This document shows positions 1-10,213 of a DNA stretch of 64,000 nt, piece after piece. The translations under genes and the position numbers were made by a program. The stretch's first letter is position 1. Every line of letters starts with the position of its first letter. Below the pieces are notes generated by a model. It made no database searches. It was not told where the DNA came from and was given only the letters and a program-made list of their open reading frames with translations. The stretch comes from Bdellovibrionales bacterium. GTDB lineage: Bacteria; Bdellovibrionota; Bdellovibrionia; Bdellovibrionales; UBA1609. The DNA lies in assembly GCA_965219095.1 (NCBI GenBank), contig CBDCMT010000001.1:2132892-2196891 (forward strand). The letters run 5' to 3'.

Positions 1-4
1 TAGC

Positions 5-2059
5 GTGCTAGGTCTTATTATTGTACTAGGTGTCATTGTAGATGATGCCATTGTTATAGGAGAAAATATCTGGAAAAAAGTTGAAGAGAATATGCCAATT
101 GAAAAAGCAGCCCTTAAAGGCACTGAAGAAATGCTGTCTCCTGTAACAGCTTCTGTTATGACAACCATTTTAGCCTTTGTTCCTATGTTATTTATGTCAG
201 GGATCATGGGAAAATTTGTTTTTGAAATACCTCTGATGGTGATCATTTGCCTTGTCCTTTCTTTAGCAGAAGTTTTCTTTTTAATGCCATCCCATTTTGT
301 TTCGTGGTTAAGCCCTTTTTTAAAGGACGTCCACATTAAAATGAAAGAGAGGAAACGAACTTCTAAGAGAGAAAAGTTCTTTGAAAATTTTAGTGCAATC
401 TATGAAAGGTGGGTTTCCTGGACTGTTCGTAAAAAATACATTTCTTTAGGAATTTTATGTTTATTTTTTACACTGACAGGTTTAATTGTATCTTGGAAAG
501 GACGATTCGTTTTATTCCCTTCAGGAGGGGATGAAGTTTTCTATGTGTCTATAGAAACTCCTTCAGGGACACCTTTAAAGGAAACAGAAAGGCACGTTTT
601 TTCTATTGAAAAAGAAATTTTGAAATTAAAGAATACGAATGAATTAGAAAGCATTAAAACTTCTGTAGGAAAACTTTGTTCTCGGAACTTTCATCAATCT
701 AATAGAGGAGATGAATATGCTTGTATTAGAGTCAACTTAGTACAAAAACAAGAAAGAAATCGCAATCGCAAAGTGATCGAAGATCAGTTAAGAGAAAAAA
801 TTAAACTTATGAAAGGTTTCACTAAAGTCACTGTGGAAAGTGCTAGAGAAGGGCCTCCTCAGGGTTCAGATATTTCCATTGAAATTTTAGGAAAAGATTT
901 TACAGTTTTAAAAGAGATTTCTGATCGTATTTTAAAAAAAATCATCACCATGCCGGGAACTGTTGATGTAAGAAGCTCTTTTTCTAGCACAAAAGAGGAG
1001 TGGCGTATCATCCCTGATAAGAGGAAGATGGCAATCAACGGCCTTACTGCCACTCAAATTGCCACTACTGTCAGAGCCTCTCTTGATGGGTTGACTCCCA
1101 CATCTTTACGTAACTTAGAAGAGGAGATCGATATAAGAGTCAAATTGAAAAGAAATGGAGCTGTAGATACTTTGCCTTGGCTCAAATCTCTAAAAATAGG
1201 AAATAGCTTAGGAAATATGATCTCTCTTAATTCTGTAGCCACATTTGAAAAACAACAAACTATCAGATCAATAACCCATTTAAATGGAAAACGTTCTATC
1301 AATATATCTGGATCCATTGATGAAAATACTATTGTTAAAGGAAAAAAACTAACTCCTTTAAGTTTTATTCAACAAATTTCTCCCTTTATAGACAAAGTTT
1401 TAAAAGAAAAATCTAATGAAGGAAAATATGGTTATGAAGTGTCTTATTCAGGAGAAAGTCAGGACACACAAGAATCAATGAAAACACTTATGTCTTCTTT
1501 TATCTTTGCCTTTATAGGTATTTTCTTTCTTCTTGTGTTAACATTTCACAATTTTATTCAACCTTTTTTAATTTTAATGTCTGTTCCTCTAGGTCTTGCA
1601 GGAGTTGCTTGGGCTCTCATTTTTCATGGGAAACCTTTAAGCTTTATGTCAGGGATGGGAGTGATTGCACTTTCGGGAGTCATTGTCAATAACGCCATCA
1701 TGCTCATTGATTTTGTAAATTCAGGAAGAAAGAAAGGCTTGAGTCTGGAAGATTCTATTATTTCAGCAGCCAAAAGACGATTACGCCCCATCCTTCTTAC
1801 AACTCTCACCACAGTAGTAGGACTTATGCCTACTATCTATGGAGAAGCTATTGTTGCTCTTACAGGAGGAGTCTTTGGAGGTTATGATCCCTTTATTGTG
1901 CCGTTAGCATTGGCACTAGGTTGGGGCCTTGCCATAGGAGTGTGTTTGACTGTGACTTTCTTCCCCCCACTCATTGCCATTGTTGATGATTTAAGATTCT
2001 ATTCGAAAACATTTTTCAAAAAAATATTTTATTTCATAAGAAAACATATTTTAAAATGA
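5..2059 (+). CDS. RND efflux transporter, AcrB/AcrD/AcrF family (5' part lies outside the window)
   Basis: Motifs GVIVDDAIVIGENI, SVMTTILAFVPM, GVIVNNAIMLIDF and RLRPILLTTLTTVVGLMP; alternating TM blocks and periplasmic domain. Confidence 0.92.
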   Translation: MLGLIIVLGVIVDDAIVIGENIWKKVEENMPIEKAALKGTEEMLSPVTASVMTTILAFVPMLFMSGIMGKFVFEIPLMVIICLVLSLAEVFFLMPSHFVSWLSPFLKDVHIKMKERKRTSKREKFFENFSAIYERWVSWTVRKKYISLGILCLFFTLTGLIVSWKGRFVLFPSGGDEVFYVSIETPSGTPLKETERHVFSIEKEILKLKNTNELESIKTSVGKLCSRNFHQSNRGDEYACIRVNLVQKQERNRNRKVIEDQLREKIKLMKGFTKVTVESAREGPPQGSDISIEILGKDFTVLKEISDRILKKIITMPGTVDVRSSFSSTKEEWRIIPDKRKMAINGLTATQIATTVRASLDGLTPTSLRNLEEEIDIRVKLKRNGAVDTLPWLKSLKIGNSLGNMISLNSVATFEKQQTIRSITHLNGKRSINISGSIDENTIVKGKKLTPLSFIQQISPFIDKVLKEKSNEGKYGYEVSYSGESQDTQESMKTLMSSFIFAFIGIFFLLVLTFHNFIQPFLILMSVPLGLAGVAWALIFHGKPLSFMSGMGVIALSGVIVNNAIMLIDFVNSGRKKGLSLEDSIISAAKRRLRPILLTTLTTVVGLMPTIYGEAIVALTGGVFGGYDPFIVPLALALGWGLAIGVCLTVTFFPPLIAIVDDLRFYSKTFFKKIFYFIRKHILK

Positions 2060-2087
2060 AAATCAGTTACACAATTTAATTTATAGG
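2050..2087 (+). repeat. Short segment matching the non-coding tail of the IS630 type-1 element; overlaps the RND stop codon
   Basis: tttaaaatga..aaatcagttacacaatttaatttatagg matches 4403-4443, 39746-39787 and (reverse) 32257-32297. Confidence 0.65.
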
Positions 2088-2119
2088 CTCACAATACAGT
2101 TTTCTGACTTTATTTTTTC

Positions 2120-2167
2120 GCCTCCTCAAAAGAACCTCCGGGAACCCATAGATTCTTTTGAGGAGGC
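2120..2167. repeat. 48-bp hairpin mini-MITE, copy 1
   Basis: gcctcctcaaaagaa-cctccgggaacccatagat-tcttttgaggaggc, with terminal inverted repeats; related copies at 6704, 19458, 32872, 55924. Confidence 0.85.
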
Positions 2168-2304
2168 ACTTAAAATTAAAAGGATCAAATGTCACATCTA
2201 TCAATAATCGAAACTATTAACTTTTCTTGAGGAAATTTAAAAAGCTTAGGGTGTGTCCTCATTTGCCTAGACCTTTTTCAAGACCTTAGGCGTATTGAAT
2301 ATCT

Positions 2305-2425
2305 GTAAGTCGGTTTCTTAACAGCCCTTGACTTCTGTGGGGAGGATGTTTCTTAGATTTTAAAAGGGTTTTTTTGAAAGAAGTGTAGTCAGTATAAGTT
2401 AGGAGCGGTTTAAAAACCGAGTTAC
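2305..2425. mobile_element. 121-bp IS66-derived MITE
   Basis: Ends gtaagtcggttt / aaaccgagttac; 8-bp direct repeat gaatatct at 2297-2304 and 2426-2433; first ~60 bp match the right end of the IS66 at 21264-23312. Confidence 0.85.
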
Positions 2426-2484
2426 GAATATCTATAAAGATTGTAAAAAGCTCATAACAAAGGGAGGTGTTATGTTAAGAAAAG

Positions 2485-4017
2485 GTAACTGCTCACCTAC
2501 ATTGTTCAGTTATCCTTAACTTTAGACCTGTTTTAAGATAAAAGTCTTGCTCTTACAGATTTTCTTTTAAATACTCTTTTCAAATGACAATAAATAAGAC
2601 CTCCATCAGAAATGAGATTAAAAATATAAGAAGTGACTTTGATAAGTTTGCAAAGAAAGGTTCTGTGCCTACTGAGATTTCTGTGATTGTTGAATCTCTC
2701 TTTAAGGTTGTGAACATTCTGATTGTTGTGCTTTTAGAAAAACAGGTTCGAAAAAATTCCAGCAACAGCGGTCTTCCTCCTTCGCAAGATTTTAGTCGTC
2801 AAGGGAATCGTAATAAGAAAGCTAGTGGGAGTCAGAAAAAGGGCTCTAGACTTGATAACAGTAAAGATACAAAACAGCGAGGAGACTGTCTTTCCCTCAG
2901 AGTGTTCTCAGTGTGGGATGTTTTTAAAGACAGCAGAGGTAAAAAGCCTTGAGAAGCGTAAAAAGATTGATATTTTTTATGAAATTCAGACCCATACTGT
3001 AACTTCTGAAGTTAAGGATTGTCCCTCATGTGGAGCTAGAAATAAAGGTCAATTCCCTAAAGGTATGAGTGGTCCTCTTCAGTATGGTGTAGGCATTAGA
3101 GCTTCCATCATCAATTTCATTATAGTTCAGATGCTGTCTTTTCAACGTGTTGGGGAACATTACATGGGGCTTATAGGTCGAATGATTTCTCCTGCAGTTA
3201 TGTTGAGATACATTGCTGAATTAGGAGAGTTTCTTAAAAGTTGGGAAGAGCAGATGAAAGAAAAGATACTTGAATCAGAGGTCATTCATGTTGATGAGAC
3301 CTCTATGAGGGTTAAGGGTAAAAACTACTGGATTCATACTTATAGTTCAGGAGAATTAGTCTTGCAGTTTCTCCACCTTTCAGGTGGAAGGGAAGCCATA
3401 AAAGATATTGGTCTCTTGGATAGATATGGAGGAGTGCTTGTGCATGATTGTTGGAGTCCTTACTTTTGTTATGATAAGATAACTCATGCTTTGTGTGTGG
3501 CTCACCTTTTGAGAGAGCTTAAATTTATAGAAGAAAGCAATGGATTCAAATGGGCTATAAATCTCAAAAAACTTCTTAAAGAGACTGTGGAGTTAGTTCA
3601 TAAAAAAGAGTCAAGAGTTCTGACTCAAAAAGAGTACGAAACTCTTCAGAGAAGGTATAGGAGTATTCTTACAAAAGGCTTAAAAGAGCTTCCAGAATTT
3701 CCTAAGAAAAATGGCAAGAAAGGACGAATAAAGCATACACAAGCTCAAAACCTTTGGCTGCGATTTAAAAAGTATGAAGCAGAAATACTGTGTTTTGCTA
3801 AAAGAAAGAACGTAGATCCTACTAATAACAGAGCTGAAAGAGATCTAAGAATGACTAAAGTGAAAAAGAAAGTGTCAGGGTGTTTCAGAACAGAAGAAAT
3901 GGCGAAATATTTTTGTCGTATTACCAGCTATGTTAAAACAATGAGAAATAGAGGGTATTCTTCTTTAGAAGCCATCTCTATGGCTTTAAATAAAAACTTA
4001 CGAGAGTGAGCAGTTAC
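2485..4017 (+). mobile_element. IS66-family single-ORF element (ISBst12-like), copy 1; transposase 2584-4009 frameshifted
   Basis: Terminal IR gtaactgctc/gagcagttac; 8-bp TSD aagaaaag; zinc-ribbon CSQC/CPSC, VIHVDET, LVHDCWSPY, PTNNRAERDLR; +1 frameshift near 2875 relative to the intact copy at 40210-41634. Confidence 0.92.
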
Positions 4018-4193
4018 AAGAAAAGTTTTAACAGATTCTATGTGGAAGGATCTGGAAGCTATTATAAGAGAGAAAGGCTGTTATCATTCAGCAAACAATA
4101 GAAATGTTATGGAAGCAATTTTATGGAAATTACGCACAGGCAGTCCGTAGCATGATATTCCTGAACAGTTCTGTCCTTGGAAGACAGCATATA

Positions 4194-5608
4194 ATACCAA
4201 TTACAGAAATTAATTCGACATTTTCATGTTCAAATTTAAAATTTTAAAATTGACTTAAGGAAAAGTTTCAGTTAGGAGGTTTTAAAAAAACTTCTTTTAA
4301 GGTGAGTTTAAGTTTTCATAAGATAAGTTTATTTCAGGTATATCTATTTGTTGTGTAAATCGATTGATGGGTTAAAATAAGTGTAAAAAAGTGAGGGTAA
4401 AATTTAAAATGACAAAAATCAGTTACACAATTTAATTTATAGGTTCAAATTAATTTACAAGCTTGATTCATCTTGTTGTTTTGTCCAAGATCGAGTGCAT
4501 AATTTTTTAATCCTGCCCTCCTGATCGCAAAAAGTATTCCAGGCCTCACAACAAGTATTCACTATATGGTCATAGTTTTTAAAACATGCATTCGATAATT
4601 TGATCCTTCGTAATTGTTGCCAGACTTGTTCCATGGGATTTAATTCTGGACTATAAGGAGGTAAAGGCATCAGGGATAAATTCTTAGGAACTATCAAAGT
4701 CTCTGTGGTATGCCAACTGGCTCTGTCCATTAAAACAATTCCATGATAGTTTTCTTGAATATTTTTAGATATCTCATCTAAGTGAATTTGCATCATCCCT
4801 GAATTACATTCCGGTAAAATCCAAGCACAGCCTTTATCTTTATCCGGACAAACTGCTCCAAAAATATAAGTGGATAAAAATTGTCTTTGTCTCACAACTC
4901 TAGGCCGTGTGCCTTTTCTTGCCCAAATCCTGCTCAAAGAACCTTGCTGAGCTTATTCTGCATTCATCCTGCCACCAAATCTCTATTTTATGAGTCTGAA
5001 TCTTTTCTTTTATTTTCTCCACCTCTTCTGGAAAATGTTCCTTAAACTGTTCCATAGCTTCTTAATGAACTTTTAGGATGAAGAGAACGACCACTGATCC
5101 ATACAATATTAAGGCGGTCTAAAGAAACATAAACCCCAGAAAGAGAATAGCAACAGTTAAATTCATCTGCTAAAAGTTTCTGTATTTCCTTTGCTCCTAT
5201 GCTTCCTCCCTCTCTTTTGTCTTGAATTTCATCTAACTTGATTTTGAAGTTCTCTTCTTCTGTCACTGGCAAACGAGGCTTGCGTCCTCTGCCTTCTCGA
5301 TCTATCAATCCCTCGTAATCAAAGTCTACAAAAAAAGACTGTAACCAGGATTTGATACTGTGACGGTGATACAAAACCATACCTGCTGTTTCTTGAATCG
5401 ATTTTCCTTCTTGCATATGCTGCAAAGCCAATAATTTTGTCTTGATGTTGGCACTTCTTTCTACTTTGTAAGTAGCTAGAAAATTATACCCTTGAATCTG
5501 TGTAACTAAATCTTTTTTCGACATGACTCTAAAAATTTAACAGAGTTTTATCAAAAAGCCAGGACGCAATACGTTAAAAAAATGTCGAATTAATTTTTGG
5601 AAATGGTA
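4194..5608 (-). mobile_element. IS630-family element type 1, copy 1 (split ORFs 5042-5524 and 4455-4937)
   Basis: IRs ataccaattacagaaattaattcgac / gtcgaattaatttttggaaatggta; TA duplication; WWQDE, VLMDRASWH and LPPYSPELNPMEQVW motifs. Confidence 0.92.
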
Positions 5609-5622
5609 TAATCGCTTTAATA

Positions 5623-6664
5623 ACCCGAGTTTCGACTTTTTTCAGGGCTAAAGGCTAGCTAATATAAACAAATACCTCAGACTTTTGTAAGATTTTCTTG
5701 AAAAAGCAACTTACAAGAAAAAACACCTTGAGAGTTATAAAAAAACATACAAGGAGGTCTAAGATGTTTAATTCTAATTATATCATATCAATTTATGTTC
5801 TTGTCGATGATTTTTTAACCCCTCTCATACAGCAGCATCCAGAACTGGTTCCCAAAAATAAAGGAGGTTTTTCTTGTGCTATGTCTCCCAGCGAAATTGT
5901 CACTCTTTATCTTACTTTTCCAAAGTTCTGGCTTTAGGAATTTTAAAGCCTTTTACCAGTTTGCAAAAGTCTATCTTAAATCTTATTTTCCTAAAATGTT
6001 GTCTTACTCCCGATTTGTGAACATCAAAAAAGACATGGCTTTTTTGATGTTTCTTTTCTTGACAAGCCTTATGAGTAAAACCACCGGCATATCATTTATT
6101 GATTCCACATCGATTTTTCTTCAAAAATAAAAGAATAGGACGAAATAAGGTGTTCTAAAAGTTAGCTAAAAAGAGGCAAAAGTAGTATGGACTGGTTCTT
6201 CGGATTTAAACTCCATATTGTTATCAATCACCTAGGAGAACTTTTAAGTTTTACCTTAACTCCGGGAAATGTAGATGATCGAAAGCTAAGTTATGGATTT
6301 ATAGTAAAGGGCTGATGGGAAAACTCTTTGGGGACAAAGGTTATATTTCATCAGACCTTTTCAAAAAGCTTTTAAAGAAGGGAGTTAAGCTTATTACAAA
6401 CGTCAAATTAAATATGGAGAATAAATTGATTCCCTTATTTGACAAGTTGATGTTGAAAAAACGTTCTGTTGTGGAGGTCAGTGATTGGAGTGTTAAAAGG
6501 AGAGTTTCATCTTGAGCATTCTCGCCATCGTAGCCCACAAAACTTTGTCATCAATCTTTTAGGTACTCTCATCTCTTACTTGCTTAAAACCTAAAAAACC
6601 CTCCATTCAACTTAAAACTCAAAACAGGAGCTTCTGAACAATATATAAAAGTCGAAACTCGGGT
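5623..6664 (+). mobile_element. IS982-family element, copy 1 (transposase pseudogene)
   Basis: IRs acccgagtttcgactttt / aaaagtcgaaactcgggt; TSD taata; fragments GISFIDST, WFFGFKLH, KLFGDKGYIS. Confidence 0.88.
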
Positions 6665-6703
6665 TAATAGGTGGGCACAAAAAGGGCTATGGAATGATTT
6701 TTT

Positions 6704-6751
6704 GCCTCCTCAAAAGAACCTCCGGGAACCCACAGATTCTTTTGAGGAGGC
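6704..6751. repeat. 48-bp hairpin mini-MITE, copy 2; marks the truncation point of the IS5
   Basis: gcctcctcaaaagaacctccgggaacccacagattcttttgaggaggc. Confidence 0.85.
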
Positions 6752-6887
6752 AATAAATTTAACATATGAGTATTAAAACATAAAAAAAAAATTAAATAAA
6801 ATGACCTGGATTAAAGGCTTGAAAATTGTGAAAAAAATTACTGGTCAGAACACTAGTAAGTGCAATTGGATTTTTAAGTTAGTGTTC

Positions 6888-7673
6888 TTATGATTTTCGT
6901 ATTTTGATAAGATTTTTATGATTTGAAATCTTATTTTTCCTAAACCCCTTTTTCTGAAAAAAAATTTTCTGTATGTCTTTTCTAGAAAGAGTTTTTAATT
7001 TCCCTGGTTTTAACTTTCCTAAACGAAGATCTCCAATAGAAACTCTTTTTAGCTTTAAAACATGAAAATCGACTTTTTCAAACATCCTGCGAATTTGTTG
7101 GTTTCTACCTTCCGATATCACAACTTTCACCCAATCATTTCTTATACTATCTTCATATTTGACTTTTTGCACCTTCAAGACTCTTGCTTTTTTTCCAGAT
7201 AAAGTAACTCCTCTTTCAAGTTTCCAGAGAGCGTTCCTATGAATATGGCCTCTTACTTTAACCATGTAGGTTTTAGGGATTTTGTATTTAGGATGTATAA
7301 CTTTTTGAGAAAATTCTCCATCGTTAGTTAAGAGAATCAAACCCTCTGATTCCCAATCTAAACGTCCTATAGGAAACAGCCTTATAGGTATGTGGGATAT
7401 AAAATCAAAAAGAGTAGGTCTCCCTTCTGGATCAGAAAGTGTAGAAAGAACTTTTTTAGGCTTATAAAAAGAAAAGTAAAAGAAATGCTTTTCGAGCTTT
7501 ACTTGCTTTTTGTCACAAAAAACCTCATCTTTTAAAGGATCCACTTGATAACCTAAAGTAGTCATTTTTTTTCCATTGATTCGAATATGGCCCTCAGAAA
7601 TTAACTTGTCAGCCTGACGTCTAGAGGCTACACCACTCATAGAAAGAAACTTATTAAGCCTTATTTTACTCAT
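6888..7673 (-). CDS. rluB: rRNA pseudouridine synthase, RsuA/RluB family
   Basis: S4 domain RLNKFLSMSGVASRRQADKLI; catalytic motif IGRLDWESEGLILLTNDG; EGRNQQIRRM. Confidence 0.85.
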   Translation of the reverse strand: MSKIRLNKFLSMSGVASRRQADKLISEGHIRINGKKMTTLGYQVDPLKDEVFCDKKQVKLEKHFFYFSFYKPKKVLSTLSDPEGRPTLFDFISHIPIRLFPIGRLDWESEGLILLTNDGEFSQKVIHPKYKIPKTYMVKVRGHIHRNALWKLERGVTLSGKKARVLKVQKVKYEDSIRNDWVKVVISEGRNQQIRRMFEKVDFHVLKLKRVSIGDLRLGKLKPGKLKTLSRKDIQKIFFQKKGFRKNKISNHKNLIKIRKS

Positions 7674-9228
7674 GATGCTTTAATACTTTTTTCAGCCTTT
7701 CAGAAAATTTATCTCCTGATTCAAAACCATTAAGAGTCAAGTTTTTAAGCCAAATTCCTTGAGAGGAATAAAATGTTACAAAAGGAAGTCCAAAAATTCC
7801 GTATTTTTTTCTTAAAATCTCAAGATCATCTGAGTTCTTTGTAGCATCAAATTTTAAAAATAAAAATTCATCCTTTAGAGCTTTGACCTTTTTATGAGTG
7901 AAAGTATAAATATCAAGTTCCTTGCAAGCTGTACACCAGTTAGCCCAAAAATCAATCACAACAGGGCGGGATTCTTTAAAAGCAAGCTCTAAAGTCTCTT
8001 CACTGTAAGTTTGCCAAGGTAAAGATTCTTTAATATGATCTTTTTGATAATTTACAAAATAAGTGTTCAAGTAAGAGTAAAGAGGTTGAGAGTAAAACAC
8101 AGAAAGCCCTAACATAGAAATCCCTAAAATCACCTTAAAGAATTGGGAAAAGCTCCCCATACGACTGATCTTATTGAGCTTATGACTAAAAGCTCCTAAA
8201 AACAAAAAAGGAAAACCTAAACCAAAAGCAAAGATAAGCAGACTTAAAAAGCCGTAGGACACATCTTGTGTTTGAGCCACATAAGCTAAAAGAGCAAATA
8301 AAACAGGTCCCACACAAGGGCTTGCTATAAGTGCCGCTAAACCTCCTAATATAAAAGCTCCTTTAAAACTTTTCACCGAGCGAGGTTTTGAAAGGAATGT
8401 TTCGAAAGGTGTAATCCATGGCAAAACGCCTAATATAGATAAGCCTAAAAATAAAAACACAAACGTTAGAATAGAAGAAAACCATAAAGTTCCTAAAAAA
8501 CTTCCAAAAATTTGACCTGTAAGAGCAGAAACTAAGCCTATAAGAGAATAGATCACAGCTAAGCCTAAAACGTAACAAAAACTCATAATAAAGGGGTGTT
8601 TTAAACTGTTTCTAAAAGCAGAAACCGTGATAGGAACTAAAGGTAAAACACAAGGTGTAAAACTTGTGAAAAGCCCTGCTAAAAAAACATACAAAATTAC
8701 AAAAAATAAATTTTTTCTCTTCTCAAAAGGGAAGGTTGTTTGATTTAGGATCTTACTATGCTTTTGAGTGATAAGAGGTATTTCTAAATTAATGGTTTGG
8801 GGAAATAGACAATATCTATTTGTACAGGCTTGATAACTAAGTCCCAACTTAAGGGGAACTTTCCCTTTGTTTATATCATGAGGTAATTTTATTGAAGTTC
8901 TTAATTTATGATAACCAGAGCCTAAGCCTATTCTTGTTTTTTTAGAGTTGGGATCATAAAATTTAACTTTTGAATCCACTCTTAGCTTATCTACAAAAAT
9001 ATTTTCAGGACTGATAAGTTTCAATACTAAAGTTTCTAGGTAGATATAGTGAGAAGGGGCTAGAGAGACCATAAGATGTAAATCTGCTTTATCCCCAGGA
9101 CTTATAACATCCTTATTTAAAGAATAACCCTTAAAAGATAGGGGTTTAGGATTTACCATAACATCATCTACAGCATAAAAATTTAACGTAAAAAAGAAAC
9201 AAAGAAAGAAAAAACAAAAGTTTTTCAT
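7666..9228 (-). CDS. dsbD: Thiol:disulfide interchange protein DsbD
   Basis: N-domain YQACTNRYC; TM motifs FTPCVLPLVP and ASPCVGP; C-terminal thioredoxin DFWANWCTACK. Confidence 0.92.
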   Translation of the reverse strand: MKNFCFFFLCFFFTLNFYAVDDVMVNPKPLSFKGYSLNKDVISPGDKADLHLMVSLAPSHYIYLETLVLKLISPENIFVDKLRVDSKVKFYDPNSKKTRIGLGSGYHKLRTSIKLPHDINKGKVPLKLGLSYQACTNRYCLFPQTINLEIPLITQKHSKILNQTTFPFEKRKNLFFVILYVFLAGLFTSFTPCVLPLVPITVSAFRNSLKHPFIMSFCYVLGLAVIYSLIGLVSALTGQIFGSFLGTLWFSSILTFVFLFLGLSILGVLPWITPFETFLSKPRSVKSFKGAFILGGLAALIASPCVGPVLFALLAYVAQTQDVSYGFLSLLIFAFGLGFPFLFLGAFSHKLNKISRMGSFSQFFKVILGISMLGLSVFYSQPLYSYLNTYFVNYQKDHIKESLPWQTYSEETLELAFKESRPVVIDFWANWCTACKELDIYTFTHKKVKALKDEFLFLKFDATKNSDDLEILRKKYGIFGLPFVTFYSSQGIWLKNLTLNGFESGDKFSERLKKVLKHHE

Positions 9229-10163
9229 TTTTTAAGGCCGATTTCAACAAGCCTTTGTTGTAAAAAGTTCTCCGCAGGAATAGGTTCATACTTTTTTCCC
9301 TCTCCTATACAACTTTTTAAGCATTCAATCATAAAATCAGAGTTAGGATGAATGAAAAAAGGCATAGAATAACGGCTTATGTTTTCTGTATCAGGATTTA
9401 CAACTCTGTGAGTTGTTGAGGGAAGTACATCATTAGTCAATCGTGACATCATATCACCTGTATCTAAAATGATGTTTTTAGAATCTGTGTCTATAGGAAT
9501 CCAACGACAATTCCGATCTAAGGCTTCTAAGCCTGACTGAGATGCAGAAATAAGAAGTGTAATAAGGTTAATGTCTTCATGAGCCGCTGCTCGCACAGCC
9601 CTAGGATTATCATTTTTTCTCAGAGGAGGGTAGTGAAGAATTCTTAAAATTGTATTCCCTTCTTCTGTTACTTTATAGAAGAAGTCTGGATCAAGTTTAA
9701 GGGGAGAAGTCAAGGCTTCTAAAATTTGAAGAGAGATTTTATCTAAACAGGAATAAAGCTTTAAAAAAGTTGTTTTGAATCCTTTGATTTCTTCAGGCCA
9801 TGCATTTTTAAGAAAAATTTCATAATTCCTATGACTTTTGTCTAAATTTCGTCCTATATGCCAGAACTCCTTCAAATCTGCAACTGTTTGACCCTTAGCT
9901 GTCTCTACTCCAAAGGGAGTATAACCTCTTTGTCCTGAATTTTGTAAGTCGTATTTTTTTTTGATTTTGCTATCTAGACCAAAAAATTCTTGTGATAAGC
10001 GATAGGCTTGATTCATAAGCTCTTCTGAAAGAGAGTGGTTTTTTAAGATTACAAAGCCTATATTCTGAAGACCTTCGAACAAATCTCTAGAAAACAGCTC
10101 CTTGTCTTTCTGATCTCCTAATATGTACTGCTGTAAGTTAAGTTCTTTTATGGTTTGAGGCAT
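9225..10163 (-). CDS. 2-oxoglutarate/Fe(II) oxygenase, isopenicillin N synthase-like family
   Basis: RILHYPP, AHEDINLITLL (HxD), STTHRV, RYSMPFF; ATG at 10163 is preferred over the longer ORF start. Confidence 0.9.
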   Translation of the reverse strand: MPQTIKELNLQQYILGDQKDKELFSRDLFEGLQNIGFVILKNHSLSEELMNQAYRLSQEFFGLDSKIKKKYDLQNSGQRGYTPFGVETAKGQTVADLKEFWHIGRNLDKSHRNYEIFLKNAWPEEIKGFKTTFLKLYSCLDKISLQILEALTSPLKLDPDFFYKVTEEGNTILRILHYPPLRKNDNPRAVRAAAHEDINLITLLISASQSGLEALDRNCRWIPIDTDSKNIILDTGDMMSRLTNDVLPSTTHRVVNPDTENISRYSMPFFIHPNSDFMIECLKSCIGEGKKYEPIPAENFLQQRLVEIGLKK

Positions 10164-10213
10164 ATTCCTATAAATAGAAAAATAAAATAAACACGTCAAG
10201 CTTTCTTTAAAGC

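Larger units (their letters stand above)
2249..6703 (+). mobile_element. IS5-family (IS427-like, DUF4096) element, interrupted by four nested insertions and truncated on the right
   Basis: Left end gggtgtgtcctcatt. Joining 2472-2484, 4018-4193, 5609-5622 and 6665-6703 rebuilds MLRKVLTDSMWKDLE...ILWKLRTGSP*HDIPEQFCPWKTAYNRFNRWAQKG, which matches the copy at 42459-42824. Confidence 0.85.

Noticed and set aside
859-1812. Short antisense ORFs (859-1053, 1054-1317, 1624-1812) and similar shadows elsewhere (8363, 10431, 12434, 15904, 17508, 27771, 36327, 36702, 44235, 51670, 57191, 57510, 60465, 63076, 63409)
   Set aside because: They lie within or opposite well-supported genes and have no motifs; they are expected by chance.
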